In this document: one piece after another, positions 62,790-64,000 of the stretch | How positions within the stretch are numbered: position 1 is the stretch's first letter | Layout: each line of letters opens with the position of its first letter | The notes under the pieces: generated by a model | The model's database searches: none | What the model was told of the DNA's origin: nothing | The model's input: the letters and a program-made list of their open reading frames with translations, nothing else | Source of the DNA: Heteronotia binoei | Taxonomy: Eukaryota | Assembly (NCBI RefSeq): GCF_032191835.1 | Contig: NC_083227.1 | Span: 108,872,001-108,936,000, forward strand | Direction of reading: 5' to 3' | Length of the DNA: 64,000 nucleotides | Program-made: the position numbers and the translations under genes

Positions 62790-64000
62790 TCCACCAAAGA
62801 GAGCCTGCAGTCTGACTGTTGGTGCATTAAAAGTGGAGGGGGATGGAGTGTCACTATTATCTTGACAATTGCTGCCCTATCCAAGGCTGATTGGTTCATC
62901 ATCTTTTTTACCTCATGAGACTTTCAAGGCAAGAGACAAGCAGGAGTGGTTTGCCACTGTCTTCCTCTGCACAGCAGGCTCAGCTTTCCTCCAAGCACTA
63001 ACCATGGCCATTCCTGTGTAGTTTCCAAACTCTGATGAGATCCGGCTAGTTTGGGATATGAGGGCTGTGACTTTAATTAGCATTTCTAAGGAGCTGAGCT
63101 TGGGTTATAAAGTCATTAAGTCATTCATAAAGTCATTCACTGACTTTGAAGCTCAGAGGGAAAATCACACACAGCCTTTCATGCCTTTGAAGCCCCAAGT
63201 CCTGTGTTGATTGCCCAGCGGGAGCTTAGCCCCAGGTGGGAAATCCTGGGGGGGCTGCAGCCCCCCAGCCCCCACATACTTTATGCCTATGATTCTAATA
63301 TCATATTTAGCTGGCACGCCATAATTGGGAAGGAGGTGGTCCACCAGCCATCTGGTCACTTCAAAACACCCTACATCTAAAATTTTATACTAAATAAAGG
63401 GGATTTGGGTCAGGTTCCCAGCCGGCTGTTGCAGAAAGGTGGAGGAGGAGAAAACTAAATTTAGACATTCAGCTGGAGTACTCTGAGATCTATTTTATGT
63501 GCTACCACCAGACTGTCCAGGAAGTTACCTGTTGAATAGAATATAGGTCTGATGGCAGAATTCCAAGTATTCTAACTCTCTTTTCTGTTGGCTAATGTTT
63601 CTTGTTCTCAGGATTAGAAATCAAAAGAATTTGGGACATGGGTGGAGTCATCTTCCATTACCCATCTTTACATTGGGCATGGGTGGTGTCATCTTCAGGC
63701 TTGCTACATGTGCATGAACATAATAACCATGTTATGTACTTCTGTAGGGATTACTCAAGAAGTTATTCTGCACTTATGTGTAGCTTAGTTCCATCCCAAC
63801 CAGAAACTACATGATTATTTAACTTGTCCAGAAAAACAAGACAATTCAGTTTCAAGCAAATCTCCAAAATTATTGGCTTAGTGGTTCCTAAATGTCATCA
63901 GAGCTGATAATACATATCTGCTACATATCTGCTACATGTGGTTTGAACTGGTGCTGTCCTTTGTTAAAACCATGGCACAAACAAGGTATCTCAACATCTG

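Larger units (their letters stand above)
60417..62836 (-). repeat. Inverted paralogous copy of 335-2868, with later insertions and a deletion
   Basis: 62128-62836 aligns to the reverse complement of 335-807; 60848-61073 to about 808-1032; 60417-60848 to about 2445-2868. Roughly 85-95% identity by eye. Confidence 0.9.

Noticed and set aside
1-64000. CRISPR arrays, prokaryotic operons or defence systems, mitochondrial insertions, endogenous viral genes
   Set aside because: The sequence is intron-containing vertebrate DNA. No regularly spaced repeat-spacer array, mitochondrial gene, or gag/pol/env or other viral ORF was seen.

Overview
Vertebrate genomic DNA from a squamate reptile, most likely a gecko, judged from the SINE/LINE content (family names are recalled from consensus sequences, not from a database search). 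It holds two intact, tandem, + strand hyaluronidase genes (glycoside hydrolase family 56), each with three coding exons. HYAL2 (CDS 7627-8553, 14196-14285, 15413-15805; 469 aa) ends in a GPI-type tail. A HYAL1-like gene (35847-36761, 38850-38939, 45178-45501; 442 aa) has no such tail. There are three CpG islands (about 5-6 kb, 31 kb and 52 kb); the last has no coding exon inside the window and by synteny may be the NAA80/HYAL3 promoter. The rest is transposon-rich: L2, CR1, BovB/RTE and Penelope remnants, tRNA- and 5S-derived SINEs, and hAT MITEs with clean 8-bp target-site duplications. I found no wholly new biological system. The most notable unexplained structures are: (1) an inverted paralogous block bracketing the locus (335-2868 vs 60417-62836) that ends exactly at a hAT terminus; (2) fossil Penelope-type hammerhead ribozyme folds; (3) a perfect 44-bp direct repeat around a CR1 end; (4) a HYAL1-like protein with 12 N-glycosylation sequons and an extra cysteine. 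Percent identities and TE boundaries are by-eye estimates.
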